Source: Iphione sp. A-MEVVRFRX5
Taxonomy: Eukaryota
NCBI GenBank assembly: GCA_976226885.1
Contig: OZ320314.1
Location: 20,832,001-20,896,000, forward strand
Reading direction: 5' to 3'
Length of the DNA: 64,000 nt
Numbering within the stretch: position 1 is the first letter of the stretch; every line of letters begins with the position of its first letter. The notes below the pieces were generated by a model. That model had not been told where the DNA came from. It worked only from the letters and a program-made list of their open reading frames with translations, and did no database searches. The position numbers and the translations under genes were made by a program. Below, in pieces: positions 27,401 to 42,200 of this stretch.

Positions 27401-30400
27401 CAGGTGTCTTCTTACGTCACATACCATCGTCGTGATTCCCGCCCCTGCTTCGAGGGGGCGCTAGTAACGCACGCTCGGCCACACGCACCTCCATAAAATT
27501 GGCCTCGTTATCTGCCGTCGTTTAAAGAGGGGGGTAACTGCAAGAAGCAACTCCTCCGACTCATCAGCCTGTCCGTTTCTCTCACCTGATTAACACCTGG
27601 TTGGCTTAATTACGCCCTTTTGCCATTTTCGGTCAGTGGGAGGATCCGACGACTCAAAGGACCCAACGTTTGGTTGGCCCTTCGTCAGCATCAACCGTTC
27701 CCCATACATCATTAGGACACCCTTTGACAGATGGCAGTAGTGTTCCACGCGAAGCCCTCATGCCGCTATGGCTTCGAATGAAGACCGTTCGGCGTCTTCC
27801 ATTCAGATCACAGCAACTCGAAGTATCTTTTGTGAGGAACGCTGTGAAGTGATGACTTTTTTTAAAGGAAAATTAGACGGTTTATCTGATACAAAATTCC
27901 AATCGGTAAGTACAGAGGGCTAATGGCACACGTGCGCCTCTGAGTAGAAGAAGGCCCAATATTCAAACCCCATTTCTAGTAGTCGAAATGATGCCAATTC
28001 GGCACACGATGTATTTAAGTCCCGTCAGAAATAAAGTTCGCCTCACTGAGCCAGTTAGGGGGACCGGGGCACGTAGGACTTTCGCCTGACGTAAAGGTAC
28101 GTCATCATTGGCCACTGAATGTTGGTGGGAGAGATGCCCGTGCTGCGCTATTGTAGTCGTGGTCGTACTTGCACCTATTGTGCAATACCTGTTTCTTATT
28201 TTTTTTTCCGATGGTCAGGTTTAGCACCCGGTTCTGGCCAGTAAGGTGAGCTAGCGTGCTGTGTGGCACGCACGTATTCACCCCAGCTCATTGGATACTC
28301 GGCGCACTATACACGCCACACACGCTGTTCAGGTTTTTTTCCCCCTAGCTATGTCTTCTTCCGTACATCACGAATTCCCGCGCATTCAAGTGTTACATAA
28401 TCCAATCGAATCAGGGGTGCATTTTTAGGTACTCTTGGACACCAGACTCCCCGGTTGTCTTGTTATTATCTCAAGGCCCCGAAATCGACCAGGAACTTGA
28501 AAGCGTTCCGATATGCAGATAACGCAGCGCCATCTGTGCGGGACGCTTTGTTCCGTCGCAGTACTAATTGTACGGTCGGTACTTCTTTCGGAATATTGAA
28601 GGGATATAACTCTCGTCTCATAATCATCCTTATGTAAAACTGATGTAACACTTCACGCGTGTGTCTTAAACGTTCTTCTGACCAGCTGGCCTTCGACAGG
28701 TTTCATCTCGTTATCAACAGCGGCAAGATTAAATGGTTCAAATTTAACTTTACTTGAATAGACTATAGGGACAGTATAAGAGACAAGTGTGGATGTTGTC
28801 AATGGAAAGCCTACGTAAATCGTATGCCTTTTCGCTATAGCAAAAATTCAAAATGCACAAGTACTCATTTAATGACATTCAAAGCTGTGGCGCCACTTGA
28901 TTGTCAGGCACGTGTACATTGTACTGAAAATGATAGTGCGCAGTTAAGCAGCGCTCAGGGATATATATTTTCTTATAACTAATATTTCAACTGGAAGTTG
29001 GTAGGCAGTCGTCTAACATATCCAGATAAAATTCAGAATTACGTGCTACTAAGACAGCACTTATAATACACTCAAAATAAACTAGAATGATAATACACAT
29101 CATACCTAATCTTGTTGAAGACCTTGTTATATACGAGACTCAGGTAGGAAATGAGATACAGGTTAGAAAAGGGGGGGGGTTTATATATGTGAATACATAT
29201 GTACATGTATAGTGAGATGTACAGTGTTTCGGTAAGCTCCATAGGTGACCTACATCGGCTCCAATTCAATCGGTGACTAATTTCAGCCATTAACCAAGGT
29301 GGCGAGATTGAACCGGGCGACGACATGCCCACCCTGGTCACGATGTCCAGGCTAGACACGACATCGATGTCGTGATAACGGTGCATAGCTTGCTGATAGC
29401 TTTAGTGGTGCTGTTGTCTTGACAATGCACACCTGGCATTCTGAGTGGCATCTTCTATCCGGTTATTGTTTGTCCCTCACCCAGTTTTGTCCGAGTTGAA
29501 CGTGGCTGGTTGTAACAGCCCTGTACGGTTACAGGACCAGCATGCAATGAATATTGGACAAAGTAAGGGGGGCATATTGTGGTCACCACGCCGCTGCTGT
29601 GGACCTGGGTGTGTCGGGGTTGTCGATGGGTATCACCTTGAGGAAAGACTAGGTTGGGGCCGCGGGCAAAGTGACTTTCTGACCCTTGAAAGTGGCCCCT
29701 GTCGCCGGTTCTGCGCGAAGCTTATGTTGCAAAGCGTCCTTCTGGCCGCCGAGTTATTGGACGTTATCCCATAAGAGCTGTGCTGAGCCAGCGGCGATGT
29801 TCTGTTAATGCACCATGACCCTGGTTAAATACCATATTTGTGCTGCATAATCGGGCGTTCTTGTTCAAGATGATGCATCGTCCGGTCATGGAATCGAGCC
29901 GTTTAAGAGTATTTACCCAGTTCGTGATGGTGGGAAAGGTATACATGTAAACTTGTGTCGTATACCTGTATGAAGGTTTAAATTTAAGTAAATGCACCCA
30001 TGTTTTTTTTTAACCGAATTGTGTTTTCAATGCGTTCTGTCCTGTTGTCCATGTGCATGTATGTGTGCATGTCTACAAATGCCCTGATTTTCTTTCTCAG
30101 TTTTTATGCCTTAAATAGATCTTGTCCATGTCCAACAAATACATGTAAATGTGAATTGTGTATACAAAGTAAAGACAAATACTCGTTCTGTTGACTTTGC
30201 TTGGTATCCCCCAGAATCTTTGAAAGTGACGAAGAGTACAACCCAGAAGCAACAAGAGCCTCCTAATTGCTCGCTAACCAGCTAACAGCTTACTCATCCA
30301 GGCGCCAGGTGGTAGCACTTTCTCTGGGCGCCGTCCCTTCTCAGGCCCGCTATATGTCCTGTAGGCCAGCCGGGTTTTATCGGCGACTTCATCACCAAAC

Positions 30401-32679
30401 CTGTGATCCCGGCATTGTCCGGTTCTACCGCAGGACCCCCCGCTGACCGTCCGATATTTGCCGTTGTAATGAGCGGGCGATAACAGCGCGCAGGTGATCT
30501 GACTGATCAATAATACATGGCCTCCATGCCTTTATCGCTGACAACAGTCGATCGGTGACCGTTATACTGGTGTATCATTGTAGTACTCAACTGATCGATT
30601 GCAACTCGACGGCAGTGTCACCGTCGCCAGAGTTTACCAGGGAAGCATTTTTTTTATCGTTTTTAACTGGATAATTTGAGTCTTTTTTGCCATGATATAT
30701 TCAGATAATAACAGATACAGGTACAGTCAAATGTCATAATGCGGACACCTATTGATTCTGATTGAAAATGCCCTTATTCTGGGTAATATCCACATTGTGA
30801 CATTTATTTAAATTAGTTTATAAAGTGAATGATCTTTGATTAACTGTCCATAGTTGTGGTAACGTCTACGCTGTCGTTTTTCGTTTATCTGACAGTCGAC
30901 TATACATGTACACCTTTTTTTGGGTAACTCTGGTCCCTAACCCTGACACGAATTTCCAGGAGCGGTTTCTAATGTACGGACTGTAAAAGTAGTTCGCCCC
31001 ACAGTCACCGTGGATTTATTGAACGCAGTCCGTAATCGAGTACTGACACTCATTGCATTGTGTGCGGTTCACTAATTGTTAGCGGTTGCCGTTTCAAACT
31101 GGTTGGTGACAAAAGGCATAGCGGTCATTTGTCGCGAGTATTGTCCACTCCTGAGGAGTATTTCCGACACCGGCCAGCTGCATCGGTATTGACCTAGCCT
31201 CGGAGCTGAGAACGTGCTATTTCGCGCCTCCCTACTGCTATCTGTCTGTCTGTCTCTATCTGTCTGTCTGTGCTTTCTTTCTATCTATATCTTAACGCTT
31301 TTGACTCCTCTGAACAGTTCCATGTGATTAACCTAATGTTTCATCGTGAAATCTTTTGACACTACTAATTACAATCTACTTCTATTAATTTTACTATTTC
31401 TTTCAAAGGTAACGTCATCATGCTATTGCTTTTAAGTATAAAGAAGACGTTGCCGAAAATGCATCAGATATCCGTAGATAATTATATCGCAGTCAACCGT
31501 TGAGGAACATGTGTATTGCAGTAGATTTCTCGATAGACCTTCAGCCAGAGCTGAAATACCATTTAACTTACCTATTATTTCCGCATTTATCTGCTACGTA
31601 ACCTGGTTTGTGTCTGTGTGCGCGTATGCTTTGTTTTGTCTGTAGTCTTGCATTCTTTATTCTAAGAAATCTTCTCTTCAAAGACTGAGGGTTGAATGAT
31701 TGTGTACGTGTAAGCTGCCAATTATCTGCTTGATTACAGGCCGTTTCGGTAGTCAAACAATCGTCTGTGCGCCGTGCGTCTTACATATTTATTCTGGATA
31801 ATCCCACTAGATTTTGTAGATAATGTACATATACATGTATCGGGGAGAGAACAGGAAGTAACAGACGGTCGTATTGCATTAAGCAATGACATAACACTGA
31901 CTTTAAGTGACAGTACGTCAAACAACTACCTTTTGACAAGGTTACATGAAGTCCCAGTAAACAGTTCGTGTACACATATGCATGTAAATGCGAAATATTT
32001 GTTGTTTTCTATCCTTTGTATTTTGCGGCTTTTCACCCATAGGAGTGAAAAAGAGCCAACAATTATTCACAGAAGACGACAGTGGCGAAAAAGTAACATT
32101 ACCGCAGGCTGTTTGGCAGGTGAATCTTGTCAGCTAAACAGATATACCTCCAGTGAACAGCTTCAACAGATTTCTGATTGCAGACTTTCTCTAAAATGTG
32201 ACTGGAACAGTATGCCGTCCCTGAAATCGGACATAAACACTATGGTTCCTGCCATTCAATCGCCTTTATCTGTTGGTCGGTGGTCCACGGTGAACGCGGA
32301 CACTGCGTGTAGTTAAAAGAGACTACCTGGAAAGCAGACGACATTTAGTCCTAGTAGTAGTGACAGGTGTGTGCAGCAGGGGGCGCCACGGCTGATTCCT
32401 GTATCTGCTGGCTGACGGAAACTGAAGCGGCATCTGAAAGTGGCGACTCCAGGTCTAATAGGCGTTGATGTAATTTTCCCCCTTTTACCAGTATCCTTTC
32501 TTGTGTTGTCCATAGACCAATTTGTAGTAGGACAAGGGGCCTAGCACAAATGGTCAGCAGTTAGACTTTTCATGGTACATGTGTACATATAAAAAGCAAG
32601 TCTTCATTTTCGAAGAACCCTTTACAATTGCTTTTATTTCGACATGACCAGAATGGACGGGTATTATTTACGTCGCCCA

Positions 32680-32866
32680 TCCTTGGTAGGCTACCCGTCG
32701 CCATTTCTGTTCATATTGATGCAAATCGGCCTTGTGAGGGATTTAGTTTGGAGCGTTGGCTTGGTCGTCTACAAGTGGATAAATCGAAACCATGAAAAAT
32801 GAACACATGGAGGGAAGGTGGAGATAATTTACTTCATGGATCTTGTGTTTTGGCCTACCGTCACCT
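32680..32866. mobile_element. Possible Kolobok-like transposon end fragment
   Basis: Ends …GGCCTACCGTCACCT|TTAA (CCT plus TTAA flank). No complete left terminus seen. Confidence 0.25.
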
Positions 32867-33194
32867 TTAAATGTACGCTCGTGTCCAAACGAGAGAAGCA
32901 TACATCATAATTACATGTTAAAGATATTGACACAGCTCCAGTCGTCATCTTGACGGGTAAATGATTTAACAAGAGTGGGACTTTAAGGAAGAGTAGAAGA
33001 ACTGTTATTGTAGTGCAGTGTAGTTATCAACGCTCCCGCCGACCATTTGGTTAAATCATGCCGGCCCTCCCGGAGTTGCATGTTGGGTCAGACTGGTCAA
33101 GAAGACACCGTTATCTTGCCTGCCTGATGTGCAATGCGGTCAGGTTGCTTGGTGAAGAAACCCCTGCTGGATCTAAGCGGGTGGCCAATCATTC

Positions 33195-33244
33195 ATGAAG
33201 AAGGAGTGGGTCTACAACCCCCCCCGCCCCCCCCCGTCTTCACG
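33195..33244 (+). CDS. Candidate alternative first coding exon MKKEWVYNPPRPPPSS(R), phase-2 donor to 45392
   Basis: Sixteen codons plus CG|GTAGGC, with an in-frame TAG immediately inside the intron; GC-rich context. The phase depends on two C homopolymers being correctly sequenced. Confidence 0.45.
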
Positions 33245-35356
33245 GTAGGCGTGGCCTGGAGACGGCCGCCCCACGTCCACTGTTGGCTCTGTGGGCGCTG
33301 CTCTCGTTCATCAACGTCAAGGGGCACTGATGGTTGGCGGCGGTGGAGGTTGCTGCTGCTGCTACCCGCACATGTGCACAGCTTCACCGCATCGAGCAGC
33401 ATCTGTCTGTAAAGTCACTTTTATGACCATATATAACCTGTGTTTCCGTAAAACCCAGAACAAATGTTGCTTGCTACCTTTTAGCGTTTTGTGAGTACAT
33501 ACATGTACATGTATCCATATCCACGACGCGCATTCCAGCGGATGCATGTTCTGCACGAGTGGTTTCGATAAACCCTTCCCGCAGAAGAGAGGCGCTTGCT
33601 GATTGGCTGTTGCAGAAATGACTTGCTGGGGCTGCAGCTGAGTTGCCGTGGCCGGAGAATGCCAGGGAGGTGCTTGTCAGTTGTCCTGTGGCTGGCACCA
33701 CAGCAACAACGATGCCAGAGTGGTTAGTGCGCTGAATGGACTTAACGCTGAAATACTTTGGACGTATCCTCGTGTTTAGTGAAATGATATTTCACTGTGA
33801 GAGGCAAAGTATTTACTTGGCAATAGGAAAGTCGGAGATTATACTTGCACAGCTTTATATTTGAAGCGACAACAGCAGTGTTGTAGAGCAGTTGGACTCT
33901 TGATTTTTTTTTGTACTTGGATCCTTCATCTACTAAGGACAATGATTGTGAAAGTGGACGATTTAGTGCAGTCGCCACCACTGAGCACGTCGAGCACCCC
34001 AGTAGACTCGCCGGATAAAGAGTAAGTAGTCTTCAATGTATGACAAGCAATGCCTTGGCTGTATGTTGCAGGTATGTTTCTCTATACATTAAGTGTAATA
34101 TAGAAATCTGCACGTCAAAGGGTTTTTGTGCATTGATACATGCTGGTTTGACAATCGTTCGACAACCACTTTGCCTGGCACTAATACCTTGCAGTAAATC
34201 TGCCATGATTGCCCGTGTCATTCCCTCCTTACATTTGTTGGGATTTCGTGAGCAAGATGGGGCACTACTTAGCCCCTGGAATCCCTCGTCTAGACCTCCT
34301 TTAGACACCCGCCCCCGCCCCCGACCCCCGGGGAACCACTTCTCACGCAATTGACCTGACAGTAACGCTGTCCGCAAGCCTAAGGGAAACTACTTAGTGT
34401 CCCCCCATCAAGGAAAGCAAATCCCCTCCATTGTTTTATTCGAGCGGACGGTCCTTGTGGTGATGGATGGGATTGCTGCTTGTAAGCCGCACACATTATC
34501 ACCCTTTAATTCCATTAGTAAGCATGTCCCGCCTGGCAATTATCGACTTAAGCCCCGGACTCCCCGATGGCGCCGTCCCTCCTCCCGATTGGCCAGGTTA
34601 ATAGTTGCCGCAGAGAACCACCAGTCGGGTACCTTGTCCTCAGGACATCCGAGCTGTCTCTGCACAGACCTTTAATCTCAGCACACATAGCATATGTCTT
34701 CAGCCCTTTGGCCTTCTTGCGTTGTTTGTATACCTGGAGCTCATTGACGGTATTGTCTGGTGTCTCGTCGGGGACCAACCCCTCCAGGGCCTCAGGAGAG
34801 GAGGCCCCGTCCAGGACAGCCTATTCATAACACTCTCCTTAAGTATCAGTCTACTATTGAATACCTGTATAATTATGTGCGGGATTGTAGCTCGTCCGGT
34901 GCTGCTGAAAGGTTGTATGAACAAAACAAGTGTTCCTAGGGGTGATACTCATTGAGCAGATGGAGAGGAGGGCATCAGTGAGTGATGTGGTGTGAGAAAC
35001 ACTAGCCGTGAAAAATGGAAACCAGTGTTGCTCCAGGAAGTACACCATGTACTACATCTCTTCACTCATGATCATCCTTCCATTCTGTACGGCTGACATT
35101 CGGTTTTTAAGCCATTACAGCCGCCGTTCTCGTCGCTGACCTTATGTTTAGTTGATGTTCAGACTGTCGGGCATGTGCGTTTACCGAAGGTGTTGCTGTG
35201 TATACTCAACTGTTAAGAAGTGCTAAAACAGCTAGAGGACGGCTTTATTTAGAAACAAGGTTGCCTGAAAGTAGGTCTGGTGGGGATAATGATGTCAGAA
35301 ATGTCATTTCTGCACATTGACTGCACGTGTATAATACTACTCAATAATTACATGTA

Positions 35357-35358
<2 letters not shown>

Positions 35359-35441
<83 letters not shown>
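35359..35441. repeat. (TC)n microsatellite, about 41 units
   Basis: Perfect dinucleotide run; explains the ERERER stretch of ORF 35348-35701. Confidence 0.98.
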
Positions 35442-35443
<2 letters not shown>

Positions 35444-38400
35444 TTCTCTGGTAATGTTTAAATCATGAATTGTCATGTGAAATAGCAGTCGCAGCATTGA
35501 GGGACTATAGGAAGTTAATGCGAGTATGATGGAAGAGAGAAAACAGAAGAACAGACAGACCGACACAGGGAGAACGTGTGATATTTTGAACTGACAAAGT
35601 TTGAACCTGCAAGTGCCATCGGTGCTTGTCAACAATAACAGACAACAGAGAGCAGGGATGTAAACTACTATATGTCGAAACGTCTGGAAAATGAAGTCCA
35701 TCTAAAAGTGTACTTGCTGTGATGGTTTATTACCTACATAATTGTAATAATAACCTATGACTAGTACTTTAAAGAAGGCAGGATTGGATATGTCTATGTA
35801 TTCAGCATCTGCAAGTGTACTCGTTATCCTGACTGGTTGCGCTCTTTGTAGATAGGTGGCGCACTTGTTCATGTCGAACTGGTATATGTATATTACATTC
35901 GTTAAATGACTCTCACCTGCAATTATGAGACATCTGTCATTCCATTTGGTATGGTTATTTTGGGTTTTATTTTCTTGGACAGGGAACACCTCATGACAGA
36001 GCTAGCGTGGTTGCACCGGGGCTCTGCACTGGTTTTACCATGTCGACTTGTACATGTTTTAGTCAGAATTTCTTGTACAGTTATCATTCTTTGTTTTTTG
36101 TTTGGGTTCTGGAAAGCTAGGCACCTGCCGGAATGGGACGGTGATGCGGCCTTCGCCCTCCCGTCCTGAGTTCTCTTTCACGCCCAGTAAGTGGAATACG
36201 GGTTCCTCATAGAACAGCAGGCAGGGTTACTAAGCCTGCGACATATCGTCATGCATGCAGTTCATAGAAATATGTATTGTAATCGAATATACATGTATAC
36301 ATGCACATATATACATGTGTATTCATTGGAAATATATATCAGTACATACAAATGGAAAACGGTCTCGAATGATCTTCAAGACATAGTGTGGGTACAAGGC
36401 TTTCCAACTGAACGAATGAGCTAATAGAATTTATAAAGGTAAGATGGTTCGACTGGACGATAGTGGTGATGTGATCTTGCCTAAGGGCTTTACGTACTCC
36501 TTGATTCGCATCGAGCGGGATGTGTCAAAATGAACACATCCCTTGTGATAATGGACAATCCGGTTGTAACTACGCTCCTCCCCTTTCGTCAGTTGGTTAC
36601 GCGCCCCTCGCCAGCAGAATGTACGCGCACACCCAGCACCCTAATCAAGTCCAAAGACGCTTCGCACGTCAGCATCAAGTCTTGAAAAGGCAGTTGGCCT
36701 GCTGTATTGATGGATGGTGGCTCGTGTATAGTTCCATCGCTAGCCACTAGGCGGCTCATAAACGCTAACTGCGTATGCGCCTTTGTCTGGAGGCCGCTCC
36801 CAGATGGCGCTGCGGCGCGGGCGAGGGTGCCAGTCCGGCCCCTGAAAACCTCAAATTGACGGTCCGGTGCGATTTTTTGATCTCGTGTGTCTTTATATTG
36901 GCACTCGAAGGTGGACCGCTGATTAGTTCGTAGGCATTGACTGTGCCTCTTCCCCGCCCCATTGACGGCTCATATTATAGAGGGGTGCGAAGGGAGATGA
37001 ATGCAGAGTATTCAGGAGTAGGACAAACCAGGAACAGGGACTGTGATGTAACGAGAGGTGGCTGAAAAGCTAAATAAACGGATCCTAATCCGTCAGATGA
37101 AAGTAACTGCTGCGAACAGATGGTTCGAATTTGAATTCAGCAAACAAGGATGGAGCAATTCGATAGACAAGGATGAACCATATTGCGAACGCAAAGGCCG
37201 AAATATGCGGACTACAGGCCCAAGAGTGAACCAATTTTCAGAGTTCCTTTCATGTGCTAGTAGTCTTTTGCACAAAGGAAATGTAAAAAGTCTCCTAACT
37301 ACCTTCGATCACCAAGCCAAAAAAAAATAAATTCGTATTCCCCGGTCCACTTAGATACGAATGTGTTGATAAATTGTAATAGATCTCACACGAGTCTTGT
37401 GTTCCGCTGTTGGAGAGAGGGGGGGGGGGCGCGAGCTTTGATGAAGTCGGTGAATAACTGCCGACCCTGTGTGACAAGCGGAACATGTCGACAAGTGAAA
37501 GGAAGCTCTTCATGGCCACCCTATCTATAACCCGAACCCCGGGCTGAAGTGACCTGTACCCTCTGCCCAGCCGACACAGATGACCGTGCAGAAATGAATG
37601 TCAGCGACGAGTGCTGCGGCTTTGGAAGGGCTATATGGTACGTTAAAAGGGCTTCATTCGAGTTGCGTGTCTTGTGTTAGATCAGCCGAACTTGACAAGC
37701 CTTGCTTTATCTAGGCCCTCTCGACTATTAACCCCCGACTTTGAGATCTGCCCCATCTGCCGACCTCCTCACCAGCTCCCTCCGCCAATCATCCCGTCAA
37801 GGCGGTCGTCGTCGTCTCCTCGGTGCTGCACTCGCTCTGCGCTCACTTAGAGCCCCACTTTTTATGGCACGTTGATATCCTCAAACACTTTATATAGTGT
37901 AGCTATTGAGTGGGGTTTATGCAGTTGTCATTACGGTCAGAGGGAAATACCTGGTAAAATTAAGTGGTTTTTATTCAGATCATCCTTCAGCTGTTGAATA
38001 ATGGGAATCTGATCACAGCGAGGTTTGGTGTGCGAGATTTCTGTCATGATAAGATATATTAATTCCTCACGAAGAATCCTAATGTCTGAACAGCGGCACA
38101 GTTAAATGCACGTCTCATTGCGTTGTTCCAATCATTATCCGAAACCTTTGCCCTTCGGTGAAAATCACCAAATTGGTGAAAATTGGTTAAATCATTAATT
38201 CCATAACATAGAGTATGTGGAGGCCAGAATGTTTAAACCAGGCCAGTGTACATGAATTTCCTTACTTAGATTGGGAAAATGTTGCCTATTTTAGAGGGGA
38301 ATCATACTGTTAAGAAAAAAATGTTTACAATTTTACATGAAAATCTTGGAACTGTTATTGACTAGAACGACACACAAGCAGGTCCAGAAAGTTAAGAGAC

Positions 38401-39190
38401 AAAGGTTTAAAAGACCGAGTATGATAGCGGTGTCACCCGTGTACAATGTATAGAATCACCAGAGCGTGAATTAGACGCGAGGCGGCCGAGGGTAGAAGGG
38501 CGATGGTTCTTAACGCCCGGCCTCTCGGCAACAACGACGGCAAGTGGGTCCCTTGTCCCGAGCGTAGGACAACAGGCCATGTGCAAAACTCACATCCATT
38601 CCCCCTCGGTGTACCGTCCGCTTCTTACGTAGGTGATCAGCTGTCGCAGAGGTATCTCTCCACGGAGTAATAATGACTGACAGGTCGGGAGTTTCCGTGT
38701 CGGGGAGGGACTCTATCCGGGGAGAACAACTGGTTTCTTGCCCTCGCCGTTTTGTCACGGTGAAATGCTCCGGAGCGTGACGCCCTCTGCGGAGGGGGGA
38801 GAGGGCGGGGGTGTGTGTACGTGCGTCAGCGGTGGTGGAGCCTGTGCGTAGATGAGCCTTTTTGGAAAGGTTGACAAGCCCCTGCCAGGAGACGGGAAGG
38901 GACAAGACAGGAGGGTGGGTTGTCAGCCCCATTCGTCTGGTCGTCGTCTTGCGCTATTACATGGCTTAATTCGGAGGTGCACTTGGGAATGACTGTACAC
39001 CGACTTCGTGCCCATGACAGTCGTCCAGCCCACGCAACCTCCTCTCGCAGATATACGCCGTCAGTGGTACACCCCCCAGACAGCAGAAAGGCATCAAGGC
39101 AGGTGTTCACAGTGTAAGATGGCATGGCCATGGATGTACGTTTAGCAGAGCTCGAGCCGAGTAGGAGACACGCCTGGAACTACCGCAGCG

Positions 39191-39276
39191 ATGTCTGGAA
39201 CTCTGACCGTCCCCTGGAGCGCCTGGCTCCAGGGCGACGACACCCAGGATGCCTTAGAAGAAGCGCACCTGTACAG
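39191..39276 (+). CDS. Candidate alternative first coding exon MSGTLTVPWSAWLQGDDTQDALEEAHLY(R), phase-2 donor to 45392
   Basis: gcgATG start at the end of a GC-rich island of about 0.8 kb, high GC3, strong donor TAC AG|GTAAAT. The frame is open back to a TAG at 39143-39145, so it could instead be an internal exon from 39146 or 39149. Confidence 0.55.
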
Positions 39277-42200
39277 GTAAATATCTACGCGTCCTACCAG
39301 CAAGGTCGGGCCCTTACCGAAACGTCAGATGGTCTGTAACCGGAAGTTCGCTTAATTGTCGGTGTCTGCTCTGCGAAAACGTCCATTTATTCACACTAGT
39401 TTGCGACACAACAGTTGTTGCCAACAGGATTTTGTGATCTAGTAAAGGGAATATCGTACGAAAGAGGGTGTCACCTATTTGGTGTAGGTGTTAGGGTCCT
39501 GAAGATGGCTTCCCGAGTACTGTCAGAAAAGGCAACAAACATGGCGGCGCACAAGCCCAGCTGTGACAGGACTATTGTAGTGACACTTATAAAGACGAGA
39601 CGGAGGTGTCACTCGGGCGGTGCGTGCCTCGTGCGACTCTACCCACATATATATTCTTCTCAATGAGTTTGTTGACTGTCTAAGCACATATATCCATAGC
39701 AAAAGTAAATAGAGCGAGTTGTCCTTGTTTACTGCCGTGGCCGAGGAGTGGAGTGGAGGATGGTTGTCTTCCCTCCTGAACCGCCAGGTAAACAAAAGCC
39801 CGGTTTTCACCCTCTGTGCAAATATTTAACTCTGAGGGTAAGATGTTCCAGGATCACATACACGACAGTCTCGTCCCTTCCATAGATGTAGGTGTCAGTA
39901 TCGAAAGATGACATCAGAACTGTCTGTACAGTGTGCATATACCTCAGCTTAGTTATTGTATTTGTTGATTGATCACAAGAAAAAAAGAGAACAGGACCTT
40001 TTGGGGCAGATAATATTACTGTTATACTTAGAATGGCCCCGGCCTCCCTTCTAGAGAAACAGATCAGTCTTCTGGCACGTAGGCCAGGGCTTCCATACAC
40101 TCCTTACATTTTCGGTTTGAATTTGTTGCTATATTCCTACATTTCTTGAAATTTTGAGCAACAGGAAATAAATGAAAATGTGTATTTAATGTTTAAATTA
40201 TATTCTCTCCTGAGGAAGGTGCAGATATGATTCATCTGCACCCAGCTGCGAACTGCTTATTGTTCCTCGGGAGAGTCTTAGTCATTGGAGAGTAATTAAG
40301 CTAATGATAAGCTTGCGGATACATGTACGTTATTTCCATGTGTACTCTCTGACGTCAAACACTTGACTATAAATGACAAATAGAGGATCACACGCTTTCA
40401 TCCTTCTTGAAATGAAAACCACGGGTAGTAAAAGAAACTGTCGATGGAAGGTTTGCTGATCTTGTGTTTCCATTAACGCATAATATTGCCGTACGGGAAG
40501 TTGACATATAATGGTACTCTAGCATCTACAAGACAGACGTTTAAAAGCTATGAACTGGTAGCAAGGGTGGCCCCATTCAACGCTTCAGTTGCATGGATCC
40601 TTACCCCTACCTATCCCAATTATTCGTCGTTCTTTGATCTCGCGGCGATATCGGTTGCCTGGACGCTCCTGTTTTGCTTTCATCGTCATCATGCGTCAAG
40701 TGAGGTTCCCACGACTTATTAGTGTGGAGAGAAAGATAAAAGCATAGCCATTGTTGAACACAAAAAGATTCATAGACCAGGAAAGCAACCGCTAAAGGAA
40801 CGATTACTGAAATAACTCACGTTAGTTTTTGATCAACTTCCAGCGCATAGTTGTGGGTTGAATAGTTCATAAATGCCACATCTCGACTATATTCTAAACG
40901 AAACTGTTGCCCTGTCTCGTCACGTCTATTTTAAAATGGTCATAATCCATTTGAAATGGCATTGATCTGGCTGCTTTAGAACCCGGATATCGTTCGGATT
41001 CGGATACCTTGTATGTGCGCATTGCTCCTACAATATGCAGGTGTTTGGTGTTTCACCATTATGCACATGATAGATAAAGTACGAGGATAGTCCACTAGAC
41101 CATTTCCATGTGTTTGAAAATATGCACTTCCCCACTTGGTTCTGAAAAGTGCACATGACATACAAGAGGCCTTTCCATGGATACATACTTTAACAATAGG
41201 CACAAAGACATGTGGAGGGACGGTAAAGAACTGAAAGTTGGTAGTAATGTACAAAATATACACAATGTTCTCGGAACTATGTGTGCACTTACTGGCACAT
41301 TCACCAATCGACCTGCACTCTCCTGCAGACTGGTGCGTACTAGTACATAAACTCCTGCGTGCATGAAAAGGCTTTATTAAAATACAGTTAGTTCGGATTT
41401 GCGCCAGTCCCGACCGCAATTTCATGTGCGTATTTTACATATACATGGAAAGACTGCCCTACTGGCTATAATGCACGATGTCCTCAAGCACCAAGTATAT
41501 TATAGTACCATTAATGGAGTGTCCGAGGACTTAACAAGGATTATATTTGTCGATGAAATATATGTGTAGGTGACCCATCCTGAGGGAAGGTACTGGTGGT
41601 TGGGTGTGATGGCAGAGGAGTGAGAATTAAGTCCTTTTGTTACGCCTGCCTCAGTAGTGACCCCTGACGGTCTCGGACACGTGGGCGATGATTCTAACTA
41701 ACACACCAACCCCGTGTCCTGTCTATGCCCCAGCACCCGTCGTCCCACATATGCCACTGACAGTCGCGATCGCTGTGCCTCGAATCAGGTGCTTGATACG
41801 TGTTGATTGTTGATGATTCCGAGGTCTCTCCCGCTGCAGGCAGGTTACCTATATGGGTCAGCGAGCAATGCCTGAAACACCACAACTATGTCGGTTCTCT
41901 CCGCCCCCCGTCCATTGCACGGTTAATTTGTAGCCTTTCCGCTCGCAATTTTCAGTGAAGCTCAGAGCTCAGTTTCTTATTCCAAATACATGTACATGTA
42001 CAGTGAAACACCGACATCATATTCTTACAGGGTTTTATACTCCCCTTTAATCGTGATAGATTAAGACGAAAACTCGTGAGGATCTTCATTCGTCCAAAAT
42101 AGCCAGCATTTACCCAAATTATGTGTGGATACTGATAGAATGTCCTCGCCATGTACATTGCCCTGTTGGAAAAAGTAAATGATACACATGTACCACCCTC

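Noticed and set aside
31774-32316. 180-aa plus-strand ORF
   Set aside because: AT-rich, no codon bias, no recognisable motif and no clear splice boundaries; likely chance.
35348-35701. ORF with an ERERER run
   Set aside because: Produced by the (TC)n microsatellite.
36144-36186. MRPSPSRPEFSFTP with strong donor CA|GTAAGT
   Set aside because: Phase 1, which does not match the phase-2 acceptor at 45392. It could be a non-coding first exon but is unsupported, and counts against over-reading the phase pattern.
40209-40245. CTGAGGA followed by a perfect hairpin GGTGCAGAT/ATCTGCACC
   Set aside because: The GAAA half of a hammerhead core is missing; it is only a local inverted repeat.
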